Below the pieces are notes generated by a model that was not told the origin of the DNA, ran no database searches, and saw only the letters and a program-made list of their open reading frames with translations. A program made the position numbers and the translations under genes. From a virus (Duplodnaviria; Caudoviricetes): a DNA stretch of 60,074 nucleotides. The DNA is taken from IMG/VR virus record IMGVR_UViG_3300031965_000030, positions 1-60,074 of that record; one strand, given 5' to 3'. Shown in pieces: positions 7,623-17,103 of the stretch (its first letter is position 1; each line of letters begins with the position of its first letter).

Positions 7623-9944
7623 ATGGATATTTCTAAGTATTTAAATTCAGGGTTTAGCTGTATTTTCATTGAAACAACAGAAATTAAAAGAGCGGTAAAT
7701 ACTATCCAGGTAAAACCACCGTTCAACAAATTGACATGGAATTTAATTGACAACAATGGTCAATTTGAAATCCTTGAGGAAAGTAAAAATTTACGGCAAC
7801 ATGCAATTATTCTGGAAAACTATGATTGTTTTCTGGAAAATCCAGCCATACAACAAACCATATTGAATAATTACCCGGTATATAAATCAAATCAAGTTTG
7901 TCTTGTTATTGTTGGTGTTAATTCAAAAAAGATCCCCCCGGTATTAAAAGAACTTATTCCAGTTCTTCAATTCGATTTACCATCAAAAGAAGTAATTCGT
8001 GTTATTGTAGAAAACCTTGCAAAAGATGCAGAAGAGGCATATAAGGAGCAATTCAAGACAGAAACTTGTAATATGTTTATTCCTACAGAAGATGTAATTG
8101 ATGCCTGTCTAGGAATGAGTTATGAAGAAATTGAAAATAGTTTGGCACTTTCTATCCTTGAACATAATGAATTTAATGTAAAAACAATTATTAATAGAAA
8201 GCGTCAAACTATTCGGGCAACAGGATTCATGGATTTTGGCAACCCCGAACCAATTGAGAATCTTGGTGGTCTGGATAATCTAAAAGCATATATTAAAAAA
8301 CGCAAAGAGGCGTTTGAATCCGGGAGTATTAAACCAAAATTAAAATCAATTTTGCTTATCGGGGTGCCTGGATGTTTAACCGGGGATACAATTATAAATG
8401 TTTGTAGAAAACAACGGACAGGGGGGTATAAAAGCATTAGGTTAGATGCTTTGTATTATCGTTTTAACGGAAAACACAAAGAAGCAAAAGAAAAAGGATT
8501 GCTTACTAATCATAATAAAAAATGGGATTTGTCAATTGATACAAAATGCCACTCTTACAAAGAGAAAGAACAATTCATTGGTTTTAACGAAATTGAAGGT
8601 GTTATTTATTCAGGAATAAAGGAAGTTTATGAAGTTACTACTGACTTTGGTTTTAAAATCAAAGCAACAAAAGATCATAAATTTCTCACTGAAAAAGGAT
8701 ATATTACCCTTGGTAATTTAAAAAAAGGGGATAAAGTTTATACCCACAAAGAGGGGGAATTGGTTAATGGTAATAAAACTGGAAGAAAGATAAATATTCC
8801 CCCAAGACAAATAAATAATGTGGGTAAACATCCTAATGCCAGAAAAAGAATAGTAAATGAAATGGAATATACTAGTTACCCATTACATCGTTTGGTTGTA
8901 GAAGCACATATGAATAAGTTAAAACTTGAAGATTTTTTGTACAAATTGGAGAATGATATTTCCAATTTGAGATTTCTTGATCCAAAATTGGAAATCCATC
9001 ATATGGATGAAAACAGAAAAAATAATACCATAAAAAATCTTCAAGTTTTAACAAAAGACGAACATGCAAGAATTCATGCCGAAAAAGGAAAACTAAACAG
9101 ATATAGATACTTTCCTAGGTTTCAAAAAATAATCAGCATAAAATATATTGGTAAAAGAAAAACATATGATATTCAAATGAAAGCACCGGACCACAATTTT
9201 GTTGCCAATGGTTTTATTGTTCATAATAGCGGAAAATCTCTAGCGTCAAAGGCAATTGCCAGCATTTTCAATTGGCCTTTGATTACCTTGGATATTGGTG
9301 CTCTTAAAGGTAGTTTGGTTGGTGATACAGAAAGAAATACAAGGGTTGCATGTAAAACCATTGATGCTTGTGGAAAAGCAATCGTTCAAATCGAGGAAAT
9401 AGAAAAAGCATTATCTGGATCAACAGGGCAAAACCTTGATTCAGGCGTATCAGCCGGGATGTTGGGTTACTTGCTTACCTGGATGCAGGAAAGGGATTCT
9501 GAAAGCATTCTTATTGCTACAGCGAATGATATTTCAAAGCTTCCACCTGAATTTCTTCGTTCTGGTCGGTGGGATTGTATTTTCTTTGTAAATACACCAA
9601 ATACATTAGAAATTAAAGAAATCATTCAGATTATGAATTCAAAGTATGGATCTAAACTTCCGATCACCAGTAAGTTTTGTAATCAATTGTTTGAGGAACA
9701 ATGGACTGGTGCTGAAATTGAACAACTTGCAAAGGATTCACATTTTGATTCAATTGAAATTGCAATGGAAAACATCCCATTGCTTGCTAAGTTTAAATCA
9801 GAAGAAATAAAAGAATTACGGGAAAAAGCTAGGCAATTTAGAGCAGCAAATGCCAGGGAACCAATGGCATCTCCAAAACCCCTTAATTTAAAAGTGGACT
9901 CACCAAAAAGAAAATTGTTTTTAAACAAAGGAGGAAAGGAATAA
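7623..9944 (+). CDS. Ycf46-like AAA+ ATPase (488-aa extein) containing an intein
   Basis: LGGLDNLK, Walker A GVPG/SGKS, Walker B IEEIEK, ATAND, LPPEFLRSGRWD. Confidence 0.9.
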   Translation: MDISKYLNSGFSCIFIETTEIKRAVNTIQVKPPFNKLTWNLIDNNGQFEILEESKNLRQHAIILENYDCFLENPAIQQTILNNYPVYKSNQVCLVIVGVNSKKIPPVLKELIPVLQFDLPSKEVIRVIVENLAKDAEEAYKEQFKTETCNMFIPTEDVIDACLGMSYEEIENSLALSILEHNEFNVKTIINRKRQTIRATGFMDFGNPEPIENLGGLDNLKAYIKKRKEAFESGSIKPKLKSILLIGVPGCLTGDTIINVCRKQRTGGYKSIRLDALYYRFNGKHKEAKEKGLLTNHNKKWDLSIDTKCHSYKEKEQFIGFNEIEGVIYSGIKEVYEVTTDFGFKIKATKDHKFLTEKGYITLGNLKKGDKVYTHKEGELVNGNKTGRKINIPPRQINNVGKHPNARKRIVNEMEYTSYPLHRLVVEAHMNKLKLEDFLYKLENDISNLRFLDPKLEIHHMDENRKNNTIKNLQVLTKDEHARIHAEKGKLNRYRYFPRFQKIISIKYIGKRKTYDIQMKAPDHNFVANGFIVHNSGKSLASKAIASIFNWPLITLDIGALKGSLVGDTERNTRVACKTIDACGKAIVQIEEIEKALSGSTGQNLDSGVSAGMLGYLLTWMQERDSESILIATANDISKLPPEFLRSGRWDCIFFVNTPNTLEIKEIIQIMNSKYGSKLPITSKFCNQLFEEQWTGAEIEQLAKDSHFDSIEIAMENIPLLAKFKSEEIKELREKARQFRAANAREPMASPKPLNLKVDSPKRKLFLNKGGKE
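8373..9227 (+). mobile_element. intein (285 aa) with HNH homing endonuclease, inserted in Walker A
   Basis: Starts CLTGDT, block B TKDHKF, ends HNFVANGFIVHN followed by +1 Ser; internal HRLV...HHMDENRKNN...HARIH. Confidence 0.93.
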
Positions 9945-9947
9945 GTT

Positions 9948-10325
9948 ATGAGTCATATATCAAAAATATCTTTGGAAATTAAAAATCTTCAGGTATTAAA
10001 AAAAGCCTGTGCTAAACTTGGTGCCGTATTTCATGAGGGACAAACGGAACAAATCTATTACATGGGGAAACAAAAATGTGATCATGCTATTTCCCATGTG
10101 GATGCAAAATATGAAATTGGAATTGTGAAATCAGGTAAGAATTGGGAATTACAATGGGATTCATATTTTGCTGGTGGTCTGGAAAGCATCTTTGGCAAAG
10201 ATGCTGGTTTATTAAAACAAAGATATGCTGTTGAACAAACAAAGTTTACGGCCATGCTAAAAGGAATGGCCGTCAGTGAAAAATTAAAAGAGAATGGGGA
10301 AATTGTTCTAGTGGTTAATTTATAA
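9948..10325 (+). CDS. DUF1257/Ycf35-like protein
   Basis: MSHISKISLEIKNLQVLKKAC...YEIGIV...LKQRYAVE pattern; position after a Ycf46-like ATPase. Confidence 0.75.
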   Translation: MSHISKISLEIKNLQVLKKACAKLGAVFHEGQTEQIYYMGKQKCDHAISHVDAKYEIGIVKSGKNWELQWDSYFAGGLESIFGKDAGLLKQRYAVEQTKFTAMLKGMAVSEKLKENGEIVLVVNL

Positions 10326-10345
10326 TCAACATAAGGAAATAAAGT

Positions 10346-10546
10346 ATGAAACAAGTAATAATGACAATTAAACCAGATGGTGAAATAAGCATTGAAACAG
10401 AAGGATTCAGCGGTTCCATGTGCGTGGAAGAAACGCAGTTCATTAAGGATGCCCTTGGTGAAGAAACGGCACAGGTATTGAAACCCTGTTATTTTGGAAC
10501 AGTAGAAACCGGGGTAAAAAGAAAATTAAAACCATTGTGTGGTTAG
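10346..10546 (+). CDS. DUF2997-like protein
   Basis: TIKPDGEISIETEGFSGSMCVEETQFIKDALG pattern. Confidence 0.8.
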   Translation: MKQVIMTIKPDGEISIETEGFSGSMCVEETQFIKDALGEETAQVLKPCYFGTVETGVKRKLKPLCG

Positions 10547-10580
10547 TTGGATATTGATTGGATTACTAACTTAATTATCA

Positions 10581-10609
10581 TTGACAATCAGAAGTAGTGA
10601 ATGTAAAAT
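10581..10609 (+). promoter_or_regulatory. sigma70-type promoter
   Basis: TTGACA-17bp-TAAAAT in the intergenic gap. Confidence 0.7.
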
Positions 10610-10652
10610 TTAACCTTAACTTAATTTTTATGGTAAAGAAAGGGTGGTCATT

Positions 10653-11576
10653 GTGGCAAAGAGATTAAATTTAAATAGGAAGATGACAATTGGAACAGGA
10701 AAGAAAGATGAAATAGATATATTCAAATTTGGAACATTAATTCAATTAGAATCACATTGCTGGTTGGGTTCCAAAAGACTTCCAAAAAAGGCAACCACAG
10801 AAATAAGTAAAGACGAAAAAAAATCAAAGTGGTTTAAAGCCAATAAGAACCTAATTGATAGAACTAAATTAGCAGACATCAATCTGTATATTGCCGAAGC
10901 TAGAAATACCATTTGGGAATATGCCCTTCCATTCCCCATAAAAGGGGTATACTTTCTTCCTAATGCAAAGCGTGATGTAGTTAATACAAAATTAAAAGAA
11001 ATAAAAAGAAAATTTGATGAAGCTGTAGGTGAATTTGAAGTTCAGTATTCAGATTACATTGCTGATGCTGAGGCCAATCTTGGGGAGTATTTCAATTCTA
11101 GTGATTACCCGACAGAAATAACAAATAAGTTTGGTATTCGTTGGAGATTTTTTGAAATGACTATTCCTAGCGGCATCACAAAGGAAACCTATGAAGAAGA
11201 ATCAAATAGGTTTAAACAGCTTATGGAACAGACTGAACAAATGGGTATCCTGGCCCTTCGGGATAGTTTTGGAAAAATTGTAAATCATCTTAGTGAAACC
11301 TTAACTGGTAAACTTGATGGTGAAAAAAGAAGAATACGACAAGATTCATTAGATAAAGTACAGGCATTCTTTATTGAATTTAAAAATAAGAATGTATTCA
11401 ATGATAAAGGACTTGAAAATTTGATTGCATCAGCACAAGCAATTGTTGGTGATGTTTCCCCAAAGGATTTAAAAGATCAGAATGTTACAAAACAAATCAA
11501 TGATCAAATGAAAATTATAAAAAAGGAACTTGATTCTTCTACGGAAACAATGCGAAGAAAATTAACTTTCTATTGA
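10653..11576 (+). CDS. DUF3150-like phage protein
   Basis: Helical protein with YALPFPIKGVYFLP and LGEYFNSSDYP motifs; GTG start at 10653 or 10644. Confidence 0.6.
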   Translation: MAKRLNLNRKMTIGTGKKDEIDIFKFGTLIQLESHCWLGSKRLPKKATTEISKDEKKSKWFKANKNLIDRTKLADINLYIAEARNTIWEYALPFPIKGVYFLPNAKRDVVNTKLKEIKRKFDEAVGEFEVQYSDYIADAEANLGEYFNSSDYPTEITNKFGIRWRFFEMTIPSGITKETYEEESNRFKQLMEQTEQMGILALRDSFGKIVNHLSETLTGKLDGEKRRIRQDSLDKVQAFFIEFKNKNVFNDKGLENLIASAQAIVGDVSPKDLKDQNVTKQINDQMKIIKKELDSSTETMRRKLTFY

Positions 11577-11584
11577 GGTCTATC

Positions 11585-12073
11585 ATGCAAGAAATAAATC
11601 TTGAGATTAACAAATATGCTTTAGATGAAGAGGCAAAGATACAACCTGAATTGGTAAGGAAATATGGAAAGATGTTGTCAGCAGCAAAGGATACGACTCT
11701 TAGAATGAAACGCCTTCTTGCAATTGCAGAATCAGAAGGAATTGAAAAGATTCGTGCAGACCCAGAATCATTTGGTGTATCCGAAGGGGCTAAGGGAAGT
11801 GTATCTGATGCAACTGCTGCAAAGGCTGTTCAAAAAACAAAGATTTATGAAAAAGCATTTAATGCCTATCTGGAGGCTAAAAGGTATGAAGAAGATGTAG
11901 GGCATATTCTTGATGCCATAAAAGATCGTGGTTATATGATAAAAGCACTTGTTGAATTGTGGTTGAATAAGTATTATTCAGAAATAACCGTATATGAAAG
12001 GAAAAGAACATCTGTAAAGGATGAATTAACCACAGGAAGTAACAAAAGACTCAAACTTAATCAGGATTATTAA
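11585..12073 (+). CDS. UvsY-like recombination mediator (putative)
   Basis: Coiled-coil protein with LEINKYALDEEAKIQP; located upstream of SSB and RecA. Confidence 0.5.
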   Translation: MQEINLEINKYALDEEAKIQPELVRKYGKMLSAAKDTTLRMKRLLAIAESEGIEKIRADPESFGVSEGAKGSVSDATAAKAVQKTKIYEKAFNAYLEAKRYEEDVGHILDAIKDRGYMIKALVELWLNKYYSEITVYERKRTSVKDELTTGSNKRLKLNQDY

Positions 12074-12085
12074 CAGGAGAAAACA

Positions 12086-13234
12086 ATGAATTTAAAAGAC
12101 AGACTTAATCAAAAGAAAAAAGAATTAGGCAAAGCAAAAAGTGGTGCCTCAAATCTGCGTAAAAAGTTTGAAAAACGTTCTGAATCAGTTTTACAGAAAA
12201 CATATGATGAAAAAGATGAACGCAGCAAAGGCACTAGTGGAAAAACCATTTTCAATCAAGAACTTATGAAAGAATATGGGATTACAGATTTTTCCAATGA
12301 ACCGGGTGATAATTACTTTGAGATTCTTCCTCTATCGTATTCAAAAAATGTCCCGTATCACATTGAACTTCCAATTCATTTTGGTGTTGGGATGACAGAA
12401 GATGCATTTGTATGTAATTTAAGATACAACGGTAAACCCTGTTATCGTTGTGAGAGACAACAAAAATTGTTTAAAACCAATTCATCGGTAACTGATGAAA
12501 TTAAAAAATTGTATCCAGCTGATAGGGCAACATACTTGTTATGGAATAGAACAAAAGAACTTGTAAAAAATGAAGCACCAAATTATAACATTGAAATTTG
12601 GGCGGCACCAAAAACAAAAATCCATGCTGAAGTACAGGGATTGGTTCGGGATAAGAAAAACAAACGGACATTGGATATTTCTGATGTGGAAGAAGATGGT
12701 GAAGGCAGAACAATTAATTTTGAATACATTCCAAAGATTAAAGGTAAAAAAGATAGTTACCCGGATTATAAGTCAATCCAATTGCTTGAAAGAGATACAC
12801 CTATTCCAGATGAAATCCTGGAAAAATTAGATATCCTTTACACCGCTGCTGAAGATGCTGGATTCGATAATCCAGTTGAAATGTTATTGGTGGTTCCAGA
12901 ATATGATGAAGTAAAGGCATCAATGCTTACAGAGTATCAGGATGGCGATGAAACAGACACAAATGAGGTTGAACATAAAGAAAAATCAAAACGTGTAAAA
13001 CCCCAAGAAAAAGACCAGAAAAAACCAGTAAGTGATGATGAATATATGGAACAACTTGAGGAACTAACTGAAGAATTAACAGCAATGTCTTCAATTAAGT
13101 TCAAAATGTGGTGTAAGAAAAATAAGTACGAAGATGCACTTGAAATGGACAAAGAAGATGCCATTGAAGCAATTATTGACGATATGTATAATAACAAAAC
13201 GAATATTTTTGGGGGGGATGATATTCCATATTAA
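12086..13234 (+). CDS. single-stranded DNA-binding protein (gp32-like)
   Basis: FEILP, H...C...CYRC zinc site, acidic tail ending GGDDIPY; recombination context. Confidence 0.7.
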   Translation: MNLKDRLNQKKKELGKAKSGASNLRKKFEKRSESVLQKTYDEKDERSKGTSGKTIFNQELMKEYGITDFSNEPGDNYFEILPLSYSKNVPYHIELPIHFGVGMTEDAFVCNLRYNGKPCYRCERQQKLFKTNSSVTDEIKKLYPADRATYLLWNRTKELVKNEAPNYNIEIWAAPKTKIHAEVQGLVRDKKNKRTLDISDVEEDGEGRTINFEYIPKIKGKKDSYPDYKSIQLLERDTPIPDEILEKLDILYTAAEDAGFDNPVEMLLVVPEYDEVKASMLTEYQDGDETDTNEVEHKEKSKRVKPQEKDQKKPVSDDEYMEQLEELTEELTAMSSIKFKMWCKKNKYEDALEMDKEDAIEAIIDDMYNNKTNIFGGDDIPY

Positions 13235-13245
13235 TAAATAATTGA

Positions 13246-13290
13246 CCTGTGCAGACACCATAGCATCATTAAAATTGGTGTCTGCACAGG
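13246..13290 (+). other. 15-bp perfect intergenic hairpin without U-tract
   Basis: cctgtgcagacacca-15nt-tggtgtctgcacagg. Confidence 0.75.
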
Positions 13291-13306
13291 CATAAAAGGT
13301 GAATCT

Positions 13307-13660
13307 ATGAGAATATTACTCAGTAAGAAAAGTTATATCCATATGAAAAAAATGATGATGGATGACGATGATGATCTAAAACTTTATGAATCAATCTGTT
13401 TTAGAGATAAAAATGTGAAATTAATAGCCGTGGATATTTCCTATAGTCATTATTGGTTTTTTGAAATAGAAAAAGAAATTGCTAATGGAAATATTGTTAT
13501 TTACATAACTTCAGATATTAATTCAATTGATTTAAATATCTACAAACATATGCCAATTGCTTATGTATCTAGTACAAAACCTTTAAAATCTCTTAGGGAT
13601 AACTATGGGTTTGAACCCGATATTTTATTCATAAGTCCAAAATGTGCTGTAAATTCATAA
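13307..13660 (+). CDS. hypothetical protein
   Basis: ORF with aaggtg RBS. Confidence 0.65.
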   Translation: MRILLSKKSYIHMKKMMMDDDDDLKLYESICFRDKNVKLIAVDISYSHYWFFEIEKEIANGNIVIYITSDINSIDLNIYKHMPIAYVSSTKPLKSLRDNYGFEPDILFISPKCAVNS

Positions 13661-13670
13661 AGGAAATATT

Positions 13671-14804
13671 ATGCCAAAACTGAAGCTTGGGGGAAATAAC
13701 CCACCGGATAAGACTAAAAAAATGAGTTTAAGAGATAAAGTTAAAGCAATTAGTCTTCTTCCTGAGGAAAAATATAGATCAATTGATTTTATTTCAAGTG
13801 GCTCCTCTACACTTAACTTAGCCCTTACTGATAATATTAATTATGCCTATCCTATTGGCAGAATGGTAAATATAGTTGGTGATTACAGTACAGGAAAAAC
13901 GTTAGCCGCCTGTGAAGTGGTAAATGCTCTTTGGTATATTTATCATTTACAAAAAGGAAAAAAAATAAAGATTTATTATGATGAACCAGAAGATGCATTT
14001 GATATGGACCTGGCTAAAAAATTCAACATGCCTTTAGAACATATTTATGGTCTTCGTGAAAAACTTCCAGGGCATGTAAAAGATGGCGCAGATTTTTGTG
14101 CTTCAAGGACTGTGGAAGATTTTTATAATAGTGTAACAACAATTACCAGGGAATCAAAAAATTATGATTGTGTGCTTTATGTTTTGGATTCAATGGATTC
14201 TCTTTCAGATGCAAGGGAACTAAATCACATTGAGAAGAAGGGAATAGAAAAGCAGGATTTTAAAGGAGGGAAAGCCGCTGTGCTTTCCCAATTGTTTAGA
14301 ACTACAATCCAGGATATAAATGGATCAAATATTCTTCTTATTATTATATCCCAAATCAGAGATAAAATGAATGCCGGTCCTTTTGAAAAAAAGCATACCA
14401 GGGCTGGTGGACATGCTCTGGATTTTTATGCCAGTCAAATTATCTGGTTACTTGAAAGAGGGAAATTAAAAGCAAAAAATGGTCTTGTTAATGGTATTGA
14501 TGTAAATGCCTATGTGGATAAAAATAAAGTTGGTGATAGATACAGAACAGCAAATTTTCAAATTCTTCATGGTCATGGTATAGATGATTTAAGCTCTCTT
14601 GTGGAATTCATTTGGGATAATGGTGGTATTACAAAAGCCGGGGCATATTTAAAATATAATGGAGAAAATTACACCAGGGATGCTTTAATTCAACTTGCTG
14701 ACAATGATATTAACGTTGTAAATGATTTGAAATGCATAGTTCAGAACCGTTGGTCTAAAATGGTACTTGAGGCTAAACCCCAGAGAAATAATAAATGGGG
14801 ATAA
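13671..14804 (+). CDS. recA: RecA/UvsX-like recombinase
   Basis: ISSGSSTLNLAL, Walker A GDYSTGKT, VLDSMDSL, ISQIRDKM, GGHALDFYAS, KNKV. Confidence 0.92.
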   Translation: MPKLKLGGNNPPDKTKKMSLRDKVKAISLLPEEKYRSIDFISSGSSTLNLALTDNINYAYPIGRMVNIVGDYSTGKTLAACEVVNALWYIYHLQKGKKIKIYYDEPEDAFDMDLAKKFNMPLEHIYGLREKLPGHVKDGADFCASRTVEDFYNSVTTITRESKNYDCVLYVLDSMDSLSDARELNHIEKKGIEKQDFKGGKAAVLSQLFRTTIQDINGSNILLIIISQIRDKMNAGPFEKKHTRAGGHALDFYASQIIWLLERGKLKAKNGLVNGIDVNAYVDKNKVGDRYRTANFQILHGHGIDDLSSLVEFIWDNGGITKAGAYLKYNGENYTRDALIQLADNDINVVNDLKCIVQNRWSKMVLEAKPQRNNKWG

Positions 14805-14812
14805 GGTGACTT

Positions 14813-15157
14813 ATGGCAAAGAAAGAACTGATTGTTAATAGAAACAGTAAATATCAATTTGCTAAAATACATCAGTTGGTAAATCTTTGGGTAGAAAATC
14901 ATTATAAAATGCAAGTTGTGCTTGTTATTTATGAATGCTCTCAGGCATTTGCAACGATTCCTATGTTAAACATTGTAAAACGTGATGATTTTTCTAGTTA
15001 CCTTATGGCTGTTACATCTGATATTTGTTTTATGGAATTTAAAAATCTTTCAGAAGCCACTGAGTTTATACTGATGTTTAAAAGTAATCAGCTAACATAT
15101 GGTGTATATGATCAAGGGAATTTAATCATTTCCAATGCCATGAAACATAAGGAATAA
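14813..15157 (+). CDS. hypothetical protein
   Basis: ORF with aaggtg RBS. Confidence 0.65.
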   Translation: MAKKELIVNRNSKYQFAKIHQLVNLWVENHYKMQVVLVIYECSQAFATIPMLNIVKRDDFSSYLMAVTSDICFMEFKNLSEATEFILMFKSNQLTYGVYDQGNLIISNAMKHKE

Positions 15158-15158
15158 C

Positions 15159-15434
15159 ATGTTAGTCAAAATAAAAACAAAAATAAAGCTGTGGTTTATA
15201 AACTTAATTGCAAATTTTAAATGTGAAATTTTTGATGACCACGATTGGGCAAAATCAGCTAAGGTAATAACAATAAAAAAGAATCACAAATATCTTACTT
15301 CTACAATTGTTCCAGTTCGTTACTGCCAACATTGTGGCTTAGTGCAACGACAAGCAATTATAAGTGATAAATTTTATGCTATTCCTTCATGGATAAAAGT
15401 AAGATCAGTTAAAAATGAAGTTATTGAATTATGA
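15159..15434 (+). CDS. hypothetical protein with Zn-ribbon-like C..H/CxxC
   Basis: CEIFDDHDW...YCQHCG. Confidence 0.6.
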   Translation: MLVKIKTKIKLWFINLIANFKCEIFDDHDWAKSAKVITIKKNHKYLTSTIVPVRYCQHCGLVQRQAIISDKFYAIPSWIKVRSVKNEVIEL

Positions 15435-15456
15435 TAAGTTTGAAAAGGAAATAAAC

Positions 15457-16113
15457 ATGAGCAAAGGCGGTACGTTTGAACGTGATGTAAGCAGAGCATT
15501 ATCCTTATGGTGGACTAATGGTGATAGGGATGATGTAATTTGGAGAACAAAGAATTCAGGAGGAGTTGCCACTGCCAGAAGAAAAACAAGTAAAAGTGTA
15601 AGACTAGAAGAGTTTGGGGATCTTAAATCAGATGATCCTATTGCTATACCCTTATTTGAATTTTTTTCAATTGAGTTAAAAACTGGTTATGGAAAAAAAA
15701 CTAAGTCAAAAATTCAGGATAATATTGCAGTACATAGAATAAACAATTGGGCTGTTATGGATATACTGGATTCCAATATAAAAGCATCCCAATTTTTTAT
15801 ATTCTGGGAACAAGCAGAGCATGATGCTAGGGAATCCAAAAGGGAACCACTGCTTATCTTCAGAAGGAATAGAAAGCAACCATGTATTGCTATGTATTCT
15901 GATATATTCCAAGCATATGGTAAAAACGTACCGTTTAATACAATTGAAATCCGGGAGGTAAAACACCATGAAATAACAATATGCAATCTGTCTAAATTTC
16001 TATCATGGACACAAGGGGTTATATCACAGGAGTTTATAATCAGTAATTTAAAACCAGTTTTAAAACAAAGGAGGATTAAAAATGAACGAAGAAAGGTGTT
16101 GTCATGTAAGTAA
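15457..16113 (+). CDS. Holliday junction resolvase (PD-(D/E)xK type)
   Basis: MSKGGTFERDV, SGG, GDL, SIELK, FWEQA, PLLIFRRNR. Confidence 0.85.
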   Translation: MSKGGTFERDVSRALSLWWTNGDRDDVIWRTKNSGGVATARRKTSKSVRLEEFGDLKSDDPIAIPLFEFFSIELKTGYGKKTKSKIQDNIAVHRINNWAVMDILDSNIKASQFFIFWEQAEHDARESKREPLLIFRRNRKQPCIAMYSDIFQAYGKNVPFNTIEIREVKHHEITICNLSKFLSWTQGVISQEFIISNLKPVLKQRRIKNERRKVLSCK

Positions 16114-16270
16114 TTGTAAAAGCATTTTACAATCTGAAAATGGTTGTACCTTACAGCATGGAATTAACATAATGTGTCCATGTGCTATCAATTGTTGGGG
16201 TTTAACTTGTGAGGAAGAAATAGGCTTAACAATTCCTTACTCTGTAAATAAGGAGACAAAATGTCAGTAA
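16082..16270 (+). CDS. small Cys-rich protein
   Basis: aggagg RBS; multiple Cys. Confidence 0.55.
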   Translation: MNEERCCHVSNCKSILQSENGCTLQHGINIMCPCAINCWGLTCEEEIGLTIPYSVNKETKCQ

Positions 16271-16383
16271 TATTAATTCCAACTTGGGCATTGCATATAC
16301 TTTGTGGTATTGGTATAGGAGTAGTTCTTATGTTTATAGCATTAGTAACACTTATATACTGGATAAATAAAGGAATCAAGTAA
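16261..16383 (+). CDS. small membrane protein (40 aa)
   Basis: aaggag RBS; one hydrophobic segment. Confidence 0.55.
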   Translation: MSVILIPTWALHILCGIGIGVVLMFIALVTLIYWINKGIK

Positions 16384-16841
16384 TGGGAATACTAAATAAA
16401 CATGCCACCCAAAGATTGTATGATAGAAGCTTTGAAGTAACAAAAAAGGAATTGAAAAGGGCATTACAAAACAAGAGCAATATAGATTTTATTAAAAGAT
16501 TGACTGAAAGTAGATCAATGGTTTACATAATGTGTGGGGATGATAAAATTGTAAAAGCCATAATAAATAGAAAAACCAAAGATGTTATTACCGTCCTACC
16601 CTGGAAAGGAGAATATAAACATCTAACATCATACCATCATGAAAAATGTGACCGAAGATACAAAATAGTGTTATACCCAGATGCATATTTGGAAACCAAT
16701 AATTCAAGCCACCTTACCAAAATATATTTGGTTCATGATGATGAACAAGAAGAACAGGTAGCATTTAATCATCCACATTTTGAATACCTGTTTAATTATG
16801 CTTGGGGAGTTTACTTAAATGCCAAGGTTGAAATTAAGTAA
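16383..16841 (+). CDS. hypothetical protein (N-terminal RelE/DUF4258-like HAxxR motif)
   Basis: NKHATQRL...VITVLP. Confidence 0.5.
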   Translation: MGILNKHATQRLYDRSFEVTKKELKRALQNKSNIDFIKRLTESRSMVYIMCGDDKIVKAIINRKTKDVITVLPWKGEYKHLTSYHHEKCDRRYKIVLYPDAYLETNNSSHLTKIYLVHDDEQEEQVAFNHPHFEYLFNYAWGVYLNAKVEIK

Positions 16842-17103
16842 AAGATTTATTGATGACTACAACGTCTTTATGATGAAGTTTTTACTAAATCATAAAGATG
16901 GTAAACCCGCAGAATTAAATACCTGGATATTACCAAGTGAAAAACTACCATCAAATACTGATGAATTCATACTGGTTAAAATAGATTGCGCTAGTGGTTT
17001 TAGCGTTTTGCAATCTTGTAATGCTTTAATTCACATAGTAATGGATATACAATTCTATAAAAGACAAAGTAGTATTGTTAAATGGATGCGATTTGAGCAA
17101 TGA
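16819..17103 (+). CDS. hypothetical protein, DUF551-like C-terminus
   Basis: WILPSEKLP...VKWM; N-terminal MPRLKL. Confidence 0.55.
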   Translation: MPRLKLSKRFIDDYNVFMMKFLLNHKDGKPAELNTWILPSEKLPSNTDEFILVKIDCASGFSVLQSCNALIHIVMDIQFYKRQSSIVKWMRFEQ

